Source: a virus
Taxonomy: Duplodnaviria > Caudoviricetes
DNA: 64,000 nt
Virus record (IMG/VR): IMGVR_UViG_3300033463_004353
Span: 10,167 to 74,166 of that record
Strand: one strand, 5' to 3'
In this document: piece after piece, positions 21,120 through 29,895 of the stretch
How positions within the stretch are numbered: position 1 is the first letter of the stretch
Layout: every line of letters starts with the position of its first letter
Translations under genes and position numbers: made by a program
The notes under the pieces: generated by a model
Told to the model about the DNA's origin: nothing
The model's input: the letters and a program-made list of their open reading frames with translations, nothing else
Database searches by the model: none

Positions 21120-21422
21120 ATGAAAACAATCAAAGAGTTAGTTGACAATGATCTTGCAAGCACAAGCACCCAATTGACAGAAGAACTGACTTATGACAAA
21201 ATAATTGAGAAGCTAGTTGAAGCACGTGACAACAATGTGCCAATTGATGAAGGGCTGTTTGGCTCTATATTTGGCGGCATAGTAGGTGCAACAGCTGGAC
21301 CAGCTATCATGAAAGCAGTCTGCAAAGCACTAGGCATTGATGAGCGTGGAGCATTAGGCACTCTAATGACATCAAAGCTGATATTGTCATCTATGGGAAT
21401 CACATTGGGCTGGAAGATGTGA
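21120..21422 (+). CDS. Small protein with glycine-rich hydrophobic segment (start refined to MKTIKELVD)
   Basis: IDEGLFGSIFGGIVGATAGPAIM; TTATTTTTAA at 21090-21099. Confidence 0.7.
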   Translation: MKTIKELVDNDLASTSTQLTEELTYDKIIEKLVEARDNNVPIDEGLFGSIFGGIVGATAGPAIMKAVCKALGIDERGALGTLMTSKLILSSMGITLGWKM

Positions 21423-21536
21423 TCATCACACAATAGAAGATTTTTATTATTATATAACAAAAGAAACCACTAGATGTCAATAGATAGCTATTGATGATAG
21501 TTCTTTGGATCAAATATACCAAATAAAAAAGCAAAT

Positions 21537-22838
21537 ATGAACATAAAATTACTTAAAGACCTGGATTTTGCTAGCAAGCTGAATAGTTGCAATGCTGTCA
21601 CAGAAGCAGGTAAAGAGATTGTGAAAAACTACAAGGCTTATTTGTTCTCAAATCCAGCAACTTGTGGTATTGTCAATGGCTTCATCCAAGAAGCACAAAA
21701 ATATAGCTTTGATGCAGGTCTTGTTAGTGTTTTAGAGTCTGTATTAGGTTTTATCAAAGAAAACAACATATCATGGCAACTTGCAAGTGCATGTGAGTCT
21801 ATTGAGAGCAGCAAGTCAACATACAGCTACATTGCTAAGACAGGGATTGAGCAAGTTGGCAAGCTCCTTGAGATGGATGAGTCACAAGTTGTGTCTTACA
21901 TAAAGTCAGGTGCATTGAAGGGTGTGCAATACATACCAGAGTTCCGCAATGTATGCAAGCAAGTATTCAAGTCAACTATAGTTGAAGCTTCAGCTCCTAA
22001 CTACACTGTTGTCAACCCAATCTCATATGTGCATGAGAATGCAGAGAATGGTGACAAGTACTTCAGCATTGCCAATCGCACTTTCAAGATCACCAAGGAC
22101 AACCAGAAGGTTGTTGAAGCTATCTGTGACGATGTGAAGTTCAGGAACATCAATGCTCTCTTAGAGTCATTCGCAAATGATGAAGGCACACTCTCATATG
22201 AGTGGAAGTCTGGATTTGACCAGTGCAAAGTCACTATCAAGGAGAATGGAGAGTCAGGTGAGTACAGCTTAGAGTTCACACGTGGTGCTAACATTGATGA
22301 GAAGTTCGATGAAGCATCTAAGTTCATTGAGTACTGCGACACATTGTCTCGTGCTTTGCCAATGAATGAGAAGATGCAGTTCATGAACATAACATCAGCA
22401 ATATCTCAAGTGTTTGAGGCAATGGATCATGTGTTTGTGATGGATTGTGCTAAGCTGATGAAGACATCTCTTGGTGTGTCTTGTGTGATCATTGAAGCTA
22501 ATGATAATGTTGAGGTGTCTGTCCTGAACTCTGTCCACCATGGCAGCTACACTAAGAGCTTTGACTACATGGTTGAAGGCTTGAAAGAGGTGACAGCTGT
22601 GACAGGAATTGACTTGAAGTACTTGTATGAGAACCGTATAAATGAGGACTTGAAGAAGCAGAAGCCAGAAGAGTATGAGAAGATACAGCAGCAGCTAAAT
22701 GAGACAAAGGAAGCTGAGATGAATGCAAGGAAGAAGAAGATTGCTATGCTTGCAGAGCAATACAAGAATGACCCATCTATCATCGCAGTCCTCAACCAAG
22801 CAGCTCGTGACTTAGCTTTGCTAGAAGACAAAGAATGA
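21537..22838 (+). CDS. Hypothetical protein, possibly head/prohead associated, coiled-coil C-terminus
   Basis: 433-aa ORF followed by a strong terminator. Confidence 0.7.
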   Translation: MNIKLLKDLDFASKLNSCNAVTEAGKEIVKNYKAYLFSNPATCGIVNGFIQEAQKYSFDAGLVSVLESVLGFIKENNISWQLASACESIESSKSTYSYIAKTGIEQVGKLLEMDESQVVSYIKSGALKGVQYIPEFRNVCKQVFKSTIVEASAPNYTVVNPISYVHENAENGDKYFSIANRTFKITKDNQKVVEAICDDVKFRNINALLESFANDEGTLSYEWKSGFDQCKVTIKENGESGEYSLEFTRGANIDEKFDEASKFIEYCDTLSRALPMNEKMQFMNITSAISQVFEAMDHVFVMDCAKLMKTSLGVSCVIIEANDNVEVSVLNSVHHGSYTKSFDYMVEGLKEVTAVTGIDLKYLYENRINEDLKKQKPEEYEKIQQQLNETKEAEMNARKKKIAMLAEQYKNDPSIIAVLNQAARDLALLEDKE

Positions 22839-22860
22839 TACGCTCTATCATATAATGAAC

Positions 22861-22892
22861 AAAAGAGAGACATCTTGAGATGCCTCTCTTTT
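22861..22892. terminator. Bidirectional terminator
   Basis: AAAAGAGAG-A-CATCT-TG-AGATG-C-CTCTCTTTT between convergent genes. Confidence 0.8.
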
Positions 22893-22911
22893 TTTTGTTG
22901 TCTAGCCAAGC

Positions 22912-23319
22912 TTAGTGGATGCTCTTCTCCACCCAGCTGCAGACTTTGTTGTTCTCTGCATAGTCATTAGTGTCATAGAAGTCTCCATTCTTAGTCACAA
23001 GCACATGCCCACACACATGGACAACACACACTTTGCTCTTGTTAGATCTAGCAAACTGCTTGACTGTTGGCTTCATACCACGGCCAAAGCTTTGCCTAGT
23101 GAATCCATGGTCCTCAAGCACCTTGTATATCACATCAGTGTCATTCATCACTGTAAACATCTTGAGTCCCTTTTCAGCTAATAGCTTGTATGCATCACTC
23201 CAAGATATGCCAAGTGCACAAGACACCGCACGGACAGCGCAATCTGGCTTGCGCCAATTCCTTGGTGATCCATCTCTCTTGTTCTTGTACTGAGGGTTTG
23301 AGTTGAATTGCTTGAACAT
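22912..23319 (-). CDS. Papain-like (C39-related) fold protein
   Basis: DCAVRAVSCALGISWSDAY plus downstream CGHVLV...FYD; paralog of the 29896 gene. Confidence 0.55.
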   Translation of the reverse strand: MFKQFNSNPQYKNKRDGSPRNWRKPDCAVRAVSCALGISWSDAYKLLAEKGLKMFTVMNDTDVIYKVLEDHGFTRQSFGRGMKPTVKQFARSNKSKVCVVHVCGHVLVTKNGDFYDTNDYAENNKVCSWVEKSIH

Positions 23320-23343
23320 AGTTGTCTCTATTTAATTACACAG

Positions 23344-23375
23344 CAAACATAGCAATCCATCTATAGAAATTCAAA
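23344..23375 (-). promoter_or_regulatory. Bacteroidota housekeeping-sigma promoter (-33 TTTG, -7 TATGTTTG, 20-nt spacer)
   Basis: Minus strand TTTG (23375-23372) N20 TATGTTTG (23351-23344), 24 nt upstream of the 23319 start; matches the TTTG-N19-21-TAnnTTTG consensus. Confidence 0.65.
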
Positions 23376-24357
23376 GCCAGACTGAGTTCTTGCCAAACTC
23401 TTCATCATCATTTGCCTTGTGAGCCACTTGGTAGTTGAACAGCTTCATCTTGTCACAGCTCTTCCATTCACTGTAGCTCACATACCCAAGTATGCTGCCA
23501 ATGAACACCGATGGGTCTTCTGAATACTCATGTATCTCCTTGCACACTGAGTCAAGCTCTTCTTCTGTTGGGTTGCCAAGCTTCATCGCACCATCAAGCT
23601 CATGGTAGTGCTTTGACTCTAGCTCTCTCTCACGATACCTCTTCACTTGTATTGTGATGAACTTGCCCATCTTCTCATAAGACTTGTCATGGTTGCCATA
23701 TGTGCACAGCTTGTGGTTTGTTGGCATGTCTTCTGGCACACACTTGTACCATCCATGAGTGTAGCTCTTGATGTGAGACAAGTAGTCTTCACCAACAGAC
23801 ATCCAGTATGAGTTGAGTATGTTCCCAATCATCCAGTCATCACACTTGTCTAAGTACAATGCAACCTTGCCATTGTTGAGCAGCAAGCTGACTACCTTCT
23901 TTGGCATCAGCAAGCCATTGCCACGACCATACAAGTACAATGGGTAAGGGCAGAAGCTGTTGCTTAGTGAGTACAACTCAGATGCCCACAGTGTAGTGTC
24001 ATCATCTAGTGTCTCAACAAACCTTGACAAGAGCTTCAAGTTTACATATGTTGATGTGTTTGTGCGAAATACATAGTCATAGTCTCCAAACAGCTTTTCT
24101 ACGGCATTCAGTGCATACCAAGTCTTCTTGTATGTGTGGTTGGTGTCATCTTCACACCTCAGCTCTAGGTGGTGCTGGTCTTTAGAGTAAGTGTGCTTCA
24201 CTGCATCTGGTGATGCATCATAGAAGCACCAGTCAAACATCTCATATCCATCCTCATGGTCAACCAATGGCTTGAGCCATGTCTCCCTTATGTCTTGCTC
24301 TTCTTTCTTGAAGAACTCATCCTTGCAGGACATCACCAGGATTATTATTCTTTTCAT
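23371..24357 (-). CDS. Glycosyltransferase-like protein (GT-A, galactosyltransferase/GT31-like)
   Basis: ILVMSCK...RETW, YKKTWYAL, DYDYVFRTNTSTYVNL pattern. Confidence 0.55.
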   Translation of the reverse strand: MKRIIILVMSCKDEFFKKEEQDIRETWLKPLVDHEDGYEMFDWCFYDASPDAVKHTYSKDQHHLELRCEDDTNHTYKKTWYALNAVEKLFGDYDYVFRTNTSTYVNLKLLSRFVETLDDDTTLWASELYSLSNSFCPYPLYLYGRGNGLLMPKKVVSLLLNNGKVALYLDKCDDWMIGNILNSYWMSVGEDYLSHIKSYTHGWYKCVPEDMPTNHKLCTYGNHDKSYEKMGKFITIQVKRYRERELESKHYHELDGAMKLGNPTEEELDSVCKEIHEYSEDPSVFIGSILGYVSYSEWKSCDKMKLFNYQVAHKANDDEEFGKNSVWL

Positions 24358-24426
24358 TTGTATATATCTTTATTCTTTTGTCTTTTTTCGCGTCCTGGAG
24401 TCACCAGGCGCTCCCTGGCGGCGAAT

Positions 24427-25035
24427 TTACAGCATGCTTGGTATATGCATTTCCCTTATGTAAGATGCAATCCAAAATGAGTCTGCCAGGTCATCAACTT
24501 TCTTTATTGCAGAGAGCTTACTGAAGAGTGACAAGAACATCTTTGACAGTATTTCCTTTGATGCTGTGCCATTGCCAGAGGCAAACTTCTTGACTTCAGA
24601 TGGTGTGAGTATGTGCAGTGACATCTTGCCATTGCTCTTGTCAGCTATCTCTAGTATCTTGCACCTAATGACTGCAGAGAGCATAGCTAAGTCTACTATA
24701 GAGTTTGTTGATGTTGATCCAAATGACACCCCTTCCATTGCTATGTAGGTCTCTTCACCACCCTTAGCACTCTCAGTGACTATGCTAGATATTATGTTTG
24801 ATATCTCAATGTGATTCTTCAGCTTCTTCATCTCTGATGTTGTGTAGCTGTCACCATTGTCTCTCTCAAGCTTCTGATACACTATGCATCTCATGCAGCT
24901 GATGCTATCTGCTGCTATAGCTTCTCTCTTTGTGAGTGGCTTTGACTTCACTAAGTAGAATCTTGTATTGTCACCATCTATCACTGTCACACCAGTGCTG
25001 TTCACCGACTGGTCAATCCCAATGTATATGCTCAT
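24427..25035 (-). CDS. ruvC: RuvC-like Holliday junction resolvase
   Basis: YIGIDQSVNSTG, AMEGVSF, PSEVKKFASGNG, DDLADSF catalytic motifs. Confidence 0.85.
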   Translation of the reverse strand: MSIYIGIDQSVNSTGVTVIDGDNTRFYLVKSKPLTKREAIAADSISCMRCIVYQKLERDNGDSYTTSEMKKLKNHIEISNIISSIVTESAKGGEETYIAMEGVSFGSTSTNSIVDLAMLSAVIRCKILEIADKSNGKMSLHILTPSEVKKFASGNGTASKEILSKMFLSLFSKLSAIKKVDDLADSFWIASYIREMHIPSML

Positions 25036-25144
25036 TGCAGAGGAATCAATTCATTTTTGCATCTTTATATAAAATAGAAAATCCTAGCAAGCTGGTTCAC
25101 AATCTGCTAGGACTTGTTTGTGGTTGTTGGTGTGTCAGATATCT

Positions 25145-25510
25145 TCACTGTATCTTTGCACCATATTTCATCATCCACATGTCTGCCGAGTTCCTTGACT
25201 TCACTGGGCCAAACCTGTATATGTTGTAGAACACTTTCTCAAGCTTCTTGTGGAATGAGTTGTACTTTGACTCAGGCCATGTGTAGGCATCCATCCATCC
25301 TCGACGCTTCACTATAGACATCAAGTGCTTCTCTGAAGTGACATCAACACCAACATCAATGAGCATTGCATACACAAGTGACTTGCACAAGTGTGAGATG
25401 ACAAAGTCAATCTCCTCATCATTGTACTGTGAGCTCATCAAGTCTTCTATAGGTATTATCGTGTGCTTGCTAAGCTTCTTCATGATCATTTTGGTCTTGG
25501 TAGAAGACAT
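25145..25510 (-). CDS. Hypothetical protein
   Basis: ORF track; operon with neighbours. Confidence 0.65.
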   Translation of the reverse strand: MSSTKTKMIMKKLSKHTIIPIEDLMSSQYNDEEIDFVISHLCKSLVYAMLIDVGVDVTSEKHLMSIVKRRGWMDAYTWPESKYNSFHKKLEKVFYNIYRFGPVKSRNSADMWMMKYGAKIQ

Positions 25511-25820
25511 CTAGCCCATATATCTTTGCAGTTGCTAGCTCACAGTTGCACCCAAGAGATGGATTCCAACCACTAGCCATGAATATAGCATCACACCTAA
25601 GCAACTCACGGATGTCTTCACCCATGTACCATGCATAGTCATGCTCACGCTCACTTTTGATGCCATTGTCATCAAACTGATCTATGTTGATAGGGCCAAC
25701 TATCTCATATCCACTAAGCTCTTCTCTTGACTTTATAGCATCCATTGTTTCTCGCCATCGCCTAGCAACAGAGTCTTCTGCTATTGCAATAGGCAAGCTC
25801 ACATACATCTTCTTGCTCAT
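25470..25820 (-). CDS. DUF4406-like (nucleoside deoxyribosyltransferase-like fold) protein
   Basis: MYVSLPI...YMGEDIRELLRCDAIFMASGWNPSLGCNCELATAKIYGL. Confidence 0.75.
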   Translation of the reverse strand: MSKKMYVSLPIAIAEDSVARRWRETMDAIKSREELSGYEIVGPINIDQFDDNGIKSEREHDYAWYMGEDIRELLRCDAIFMASGWNPSLGCNCELATAKIYGLDVFYQDQNDHEEA

Positions 25821-26212
25821 AGCTCTTCAATCTCTTCTGCTTTTGGGACTTCCATGAACCAACCAACATTGCATGGTGCTACTTCAGCACCAGTCTTGTA
25901 GTTAGAGAAGCACTCATTCATCTCTTCCCAAGTGAATGTGCCATTGTATGCATTGCCACTGGCATCAAACAAGAAGCATTCATCCATGTCATTTGGGAAG
26001 AATTCACCAAACTTCTTGAAGATCTTCTTAGACACCATCCTCTCTGGTATGTGCTTGTACAAGCAAGATGTGCTCATTATGTCATAAGACACATCATCTG
26101 GTTGCTCAAAAGTGCCATATTCATCAACGATGTACACTTCTCCTGTTGCCTTGATGCCATCACACTCAAACTTGACTGCATCTCCAACATTGAATCTTGG
26201 GTTGCCTTTCAT
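25817..26212 (-). CDS. Hypothetical protein with SH3/KOW-like N-terminus
   Basis: PRFNVGDAVKF...GEVYIVD. Confidence 0.6.
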   Translation of the reverse strand: MKGNPRFNVGDAVKFECDGIKATGEVYIVDEYGTFEQPDDVSYDIMSTSCLYKHIPERMVSKKIFKKFGEFFPNDMDECFLFDASGNAYNGTFTWEEMNECFSNYKTGAEVAPCNVGWFMEVPKAEEIEEL

Positions 26213-26235
26213 ATCATCTCATCCAGTTAGTTTTC

Positions 26236-26397
26236 TCACTTTCCATAAAGCTTGCGCTTGTAGTGCCTTGCAAGGTCTTTGTACTTGCTGATGCTCTCTG
26301 CCATCTTCTCATACTCTGCTTCCTCTAAGACAACAAAGTTATAATGCTCTAAGATCTTCTTGCAAGCTTTAGCTATTAAGCCCTTCATCTTTTGCAT
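26236..26397 (-). CDS. Small basic hypothetical protein (53 aa, not in ORF track)
   Basis: Own translation MQKMKGLIAKACKKILEHYNFVVLEEAEYEKMAESISKYKDLARHYKRKLYGK*. Confidence 0.65.
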   Translation of the reverse strand: MQKMKGLIAKACKKILEHYNFVVLEEAEYEKMAESISKYKDLARHYKRKLYGK

Positions 26398-26414
26398 TCT
26401 TTTTTCTGAAAATA

Positions 26415-26773
26415 AAGCTAGCTGTGCTGGCTTGCACTAACAAGTAGCCTTGTATTAGCCAAAGCCAAAGGCAAAGACCTCAATCTTGCCAAAGCCAAAG
26501 ACAAAGGCATAGACAATACCGTGGTGAAAGAGGATTATCCATGCTTTTCAGTAGTGATTCGCTAATCACCAATGCATGTATCCAAAGTCACCAAGTGCTT
26601 GCTATGGAAGTAAGTTGTTGTGTCAAGATTGAGCCAAACTCTCTGTTGTAGATGCACGATTTCCATCATGCATTGATACTTGGTTTGCTATGTTGGCTAT
26701 TCTCTAGTGCAACTCAAGAGCTCTCTCAGGTAATTTCATGCAAGAGCCCACAACCAGCAACAGTCACTAGCTT
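26415..26773 (-). ncRNA. Candidate ~360-nt structured non-coding RNA (family not recognised)
   Basis: ORF-free gap; ends pair (26415-21 with 26767-73); nested helices 26479-88/26624-33 (10 bp) and 26523-27/26588-92; hairpins 26554-69 and 26654-71 (GGAA loop); G-U pairs favour the minus strand. Confidence 0.6.
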
Positions 26774-26780
26774 GTCATTT

Positions 26781-27665
26781 TCATATGCTGTTTATCAAGT
26801 CATAAGTTGGCTTGAGCTTGTCTGGTATGATGATCCTCAAAGCAATAGCATCTGACTTCTTCTTGCTGAGCTCAGCAAGATACTCATCATACATCTTCTT
26901 GTTGTTCATATGGTAGTCATTGACAGCTTTCAAGTACTTCTCATTGATTTCATTAGTCCTCTTGCTGATTTCTGACTTTATCTCAAACTTCATCTTGTTG
27001 AGCTCACTCTCATACTCACGATGCTTGTTGTGCAGCTTGAAGAAGATTTCATCAAGCTCTTCAATGCGAATAGATGGTGTCATGTCATAGACAACTATTG
27101 TGTCATTCATCGTCTCAACACGAGATGGGTAGTATTGTGAGTCAATTATCTCTTTCCTTGCTTCTGACAATGGGCTGTTCTGGTGGATAACTTTCCCAAT
27201 CACTGAGCACTTTGTCTCAAGTGAGTAGTACTTCAGTCGCTTGTCAGCATCCCACTCTCTTACGATATCTTCTTCAGTTGGTGATTGATCAGCATTTGGA
27301 TATCCATTGTCTTCATATCCATGCTCTTTCAAGAACTTCTCATAAGTGTAGTTCTCTTCAATCTTAGAGTACATCATCTCTTTGGCTTTGATAGCTTCTC
27401 TTAGCCAAGCAATCAGAGTCTTCACTTCATAGATTGTCTTGATGTGCTTCTCATGTATCTCATGCAAAGAAGCCAAGCTTGAGCCATTCTTCACTTTCTT
27501 CTTAGTGCCATTGATTTCAACTGTCTCATCTATGAAGCTCAGCTTTGAGATCTTCAGCTCAATGTTCGATATGTATTCTTTAGCCTTTGATGCAACAGAG
27601 TCAGCACTTGTAGAAGTGAGGCCTTCTTTGCCAAAGAAAACTAAGTCATTGTAGAAATTTTTCAT
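26781..27665 (-). CDS. Coiled-coil hypothetical protein
   Basis: GLTSTSADSVASKAKEY...LIAWLREAIKAKE; CTATTTTAA motif at 27696-27704. Confidence 0.75.
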   Translation of the reverse strand: MKNFYNDLVFFGKEGLTSTSADSVASKAKEYISNIELKISKLSFIDETVEINGTKKKVKNGSSLASLHEIHEKHIKTIYEVKTLIAWLREAIKAKEMMYSKIEENYTYEKFLKEHGYEDNGYPNADQSPTEEDIVREWDADKRLKYYSLETKCSVIGKVIHQNSPLSEARKEIIDSQYYPSRVETMNDTIVVYDMTPSIRIEELDEIFFKLHNKHREYESELNKMKFEIKSEISKRTNEINEKYLKAVNDYHMNNKKMYDEYLAELSKKKSDAIALRIIIPDKLKPTYDLINSI

Positions 27666-27753
27666 GTTATGTGCAATTCATTCTTTTTTCACTAATTAAA
27701 ATAGAAACTGCCATTTATCTGATTCAACATCATGCCAAGCAGTGTGTGTATGT

Positions 27754-28005
27754 CTAGTCTCTGGAGGATTGGCAACCATATTCATCATTCTCTCTATAGA
27801 ACTCACAACTTTGGTCTGCAAATTCCTTCATTGCACCAACCACTACCCTCTCATTGTATCCTATAGTGACAAGCAACCCAACTATGGCATTGAGTATCTC
27901 ATCAAGTGAAAAGTCACTATGTGGGATCTCCCAAGATGACTTCATGTCATAGTTCTCAATGGTTATCTTTGTTATGCTCTTCTCATCATTCTTAAAGTAT
28001 GCCAT
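27754..28005 (-). CDS. Hypothetical protein
   Basis: ORF track. Confidence 0.65.
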   Translation of the reverse strand: MAYFKNDEKSITKITIENYDMKSSWEIPHSDFSLDEILNAIVGLLVTIGYNERVVVGAMKEFADQSCEFYRENDEYGCQSSRD

Positions 28006-28011
28006 ATATAG

Positions 28012-29877
28012 TCAAATTATGTTTATCCTCTCTTGCAGCTCTGTCGGGTATTGCTCTTTTGTAGATTGGTATAGATTCCAGAAGCATGCATCAAATATGT
28101 AAGTCACACACCAATCACCATCATACCTAATGCCACGCCCAATGCCTTGTATTATCTCATTAGATGTTGTTGAGTTGTACCACAATGGGTAGTGCTTTAT
28201 CTTCTCTTTGACATACCTGTCTCCAAGGCTTGGATATGGCACTTTCATGATGATTATGAACCTGCACTCATCACCTGGCAAGTCAATCCCTTCATTCAAT
28301 GTTGGTCCTACTAGTATTGTGTTGTCAGACATCTGGTGTATCTTCACCATAGTGCTTTTCTCATGAGACCCATTGTACATCAGCATGCGCTGCTTCACCT
28401 CAAGTGGTGCTTCATCATACAGTCGCTTTGCAATGTCATATGATCCAGTCTGTATCAAGCCACGCTGGTCTTTGAACTTTGTCTTGCATATAGAGAATAT
28501 GATGTTCTTCAAGTGGTTGAATGATATGTCGCGCTCACGCATAGACATCTTGAACTTGTTCAAGAAGTGCACTGGTGACTGTGAGAAATCAAATGTTGAT
28601 GGTATCACCTCCATCACAGACTCTTTGTCACTTGTGTAGCAAAAGCCAATGTTCTCATCAAATGCCTCATGGCCACCAATAGTAGCAGACACCATCACCC
28701 TGAACTGTGCTTTGCTCAGCATGTATCTGTACACCAAGTAGTCTTCTTTCAAGCATCTGAATATGCATTCTGGTGACTTGTCTCTCTGGTTGCCTGGCAC
28801 TATCTCTTTCAATTGGTAGTCTTTGCCACAAGCTTCAATGATTGAGCAATACTCTTTGAACTCAAGAGCATAGTCCCAGAACCAGCTTGATATGGAGAAC
28901 ATGTGCAAGTCTTTCCTTGTGAGTGCTTCTTTGTCTTTCTTTGCCGCTATTATCTTGTTCCTTATGTCATTGCATGCAGGCACAAACTTCTGTATCAAGC
29001 TGTCATACCTTGTGCGATACTCCATGTCTTCATCTTTCCTAGTCTCAGGGTTGCTTAGCTTCTGCCAGCACTCATTGAACTCTCTTGTTATGTCATCTTT
29101 TGTCAAGTCTTCAAAGAAGTCCATTGTGTCATCTTCTTCAAGATCTTTGAACAGCACTAAGTCTCTTTGCTTGATGTAGTCATATATCTCTACAAGTGTG
29201 TCCAAGTCTTTCTCTCTCATGTGTGCATGCACATGCTGCTCAACTATCTGTGGGATGTTGTGGCACTCATCACAGAATATCACATCACGCTGCTTGAACT
29301 GGTATGGGTTTGTCTCTTCACTAGACACCATCTTGAATGTCTGTATGAACAATTGGTAAGTCATCAGGCATGCCTTTGACTTCAGTGCCTTCTTCCTTGA
29401 TGTCACATACTTGCAGTGCTTTGAGCACTCATACCCATGCTCTCTCACAACAGATGGGTTGAACATAGATGTCCATGACAAGCCAGACAGTATGCACTCA
29501 GCTAGTGTTATGTCTTCACCATTCATCATGCACTTGTAGTTCCCAGCTTTGCCCTTGAGCATTGCAATGCCAGTCTTCTTGTGCTTCTCTAAGAAGTCTG
29601 AGTATTGCTGCCACAAGAAGAGGTCTGAGACTAGTATGTATGATGTGATATCCCAACAGTCAGCAAGCACACCAGCAGATATTATGTTTATCAGTGACTT
29701 GCCACTGCCTGTTGGTGCTTCAACAACATAGTTGTGTGTCTTGTGTGACAGTATGTTGTCAATTATGCTTATGATGCATTCTAGCTGGTGTTGCCTGAAT
29801 GTGAAGCTTTGGCTTATCTTGTCATATGCCCAGTCTCTGACTTCTTGCTCAATTATGTCTCTAGTGATTTGTGCCAT
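28012..29877 (-). CDS. DinG/YoaA/XPD-like SF2 helicase
   Basis: EAPTGSGKS, DECH, VSATIG, EGIDLPGD, QGIGRGIR motifs; Cys-containing region after motif Ia. Confidence 0.88.
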   Translation of the reverse strand: MAQITRDIIEQEVRDWAYDKISQSFTFRQHQLECIISIIDNILSHKTHNYVVEAPTGSGKSLINIISAGVLADCWDITSYILVSDLFLWQQYSDFLEKHKKTGIAMLKGKAGNYKCMMNGEDITLAECILSGLSWTSMFNPSVVREHGYECSKHCKYVTSRKKALKSKACLMTYQLFIQTFKMVSSEETNPYQFKQRDVIFCDECHNIPQIVEQHVHAHMREKDLDTLVEIYDYIKQRDLVLFKDLEEDDTMDFFEDLTKDDITREFNECWQKLSNPETRKDEDMEYRTRYDSLIQKFVPACNDIRNKIIAAKKDKEALTRKDLHMFSISSWFWDYALEFKEYCSIIEACGKDYQLKEIVPGNQRDKSPECIFRCLKEDYLVYRYMLSKAQFRVMVSATIGGHEAFDENIGFCYTSDKESVMEVIPSTFDFSQSPVHFLNKFKMSMRERDISFNHLKNIIFSICKTKFKDQRGLIQTGSYDIAKRLYDEAPLEVKQRMLMYNGSHEKSTMVKIHQMSDNTILVGPTLNEGIDLPGDECRFIIIMKVPYPSLGDRYVKEKIKHYPLWYNSTTSNEIIQGIGRGIRYDGDWCVTYIFDACFWNLYQSTKEQYPTELQERINII

Positions 29878-29895
29878 ACATTAATATAGAAACTC

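Noticed and set aside
26415-26773. tmRNA, RNase P, group I/II intron or glycine riboswitch identity for the structured region
   Set aside because: Lacks tRNA-like GGGG...CCA ends, the GAGGAAAGUCC P4 motif and intron P7/DV signatures; the CTCTCAGG match is on the strand disfavoured by G-U pairs and has no GGAGA partner.
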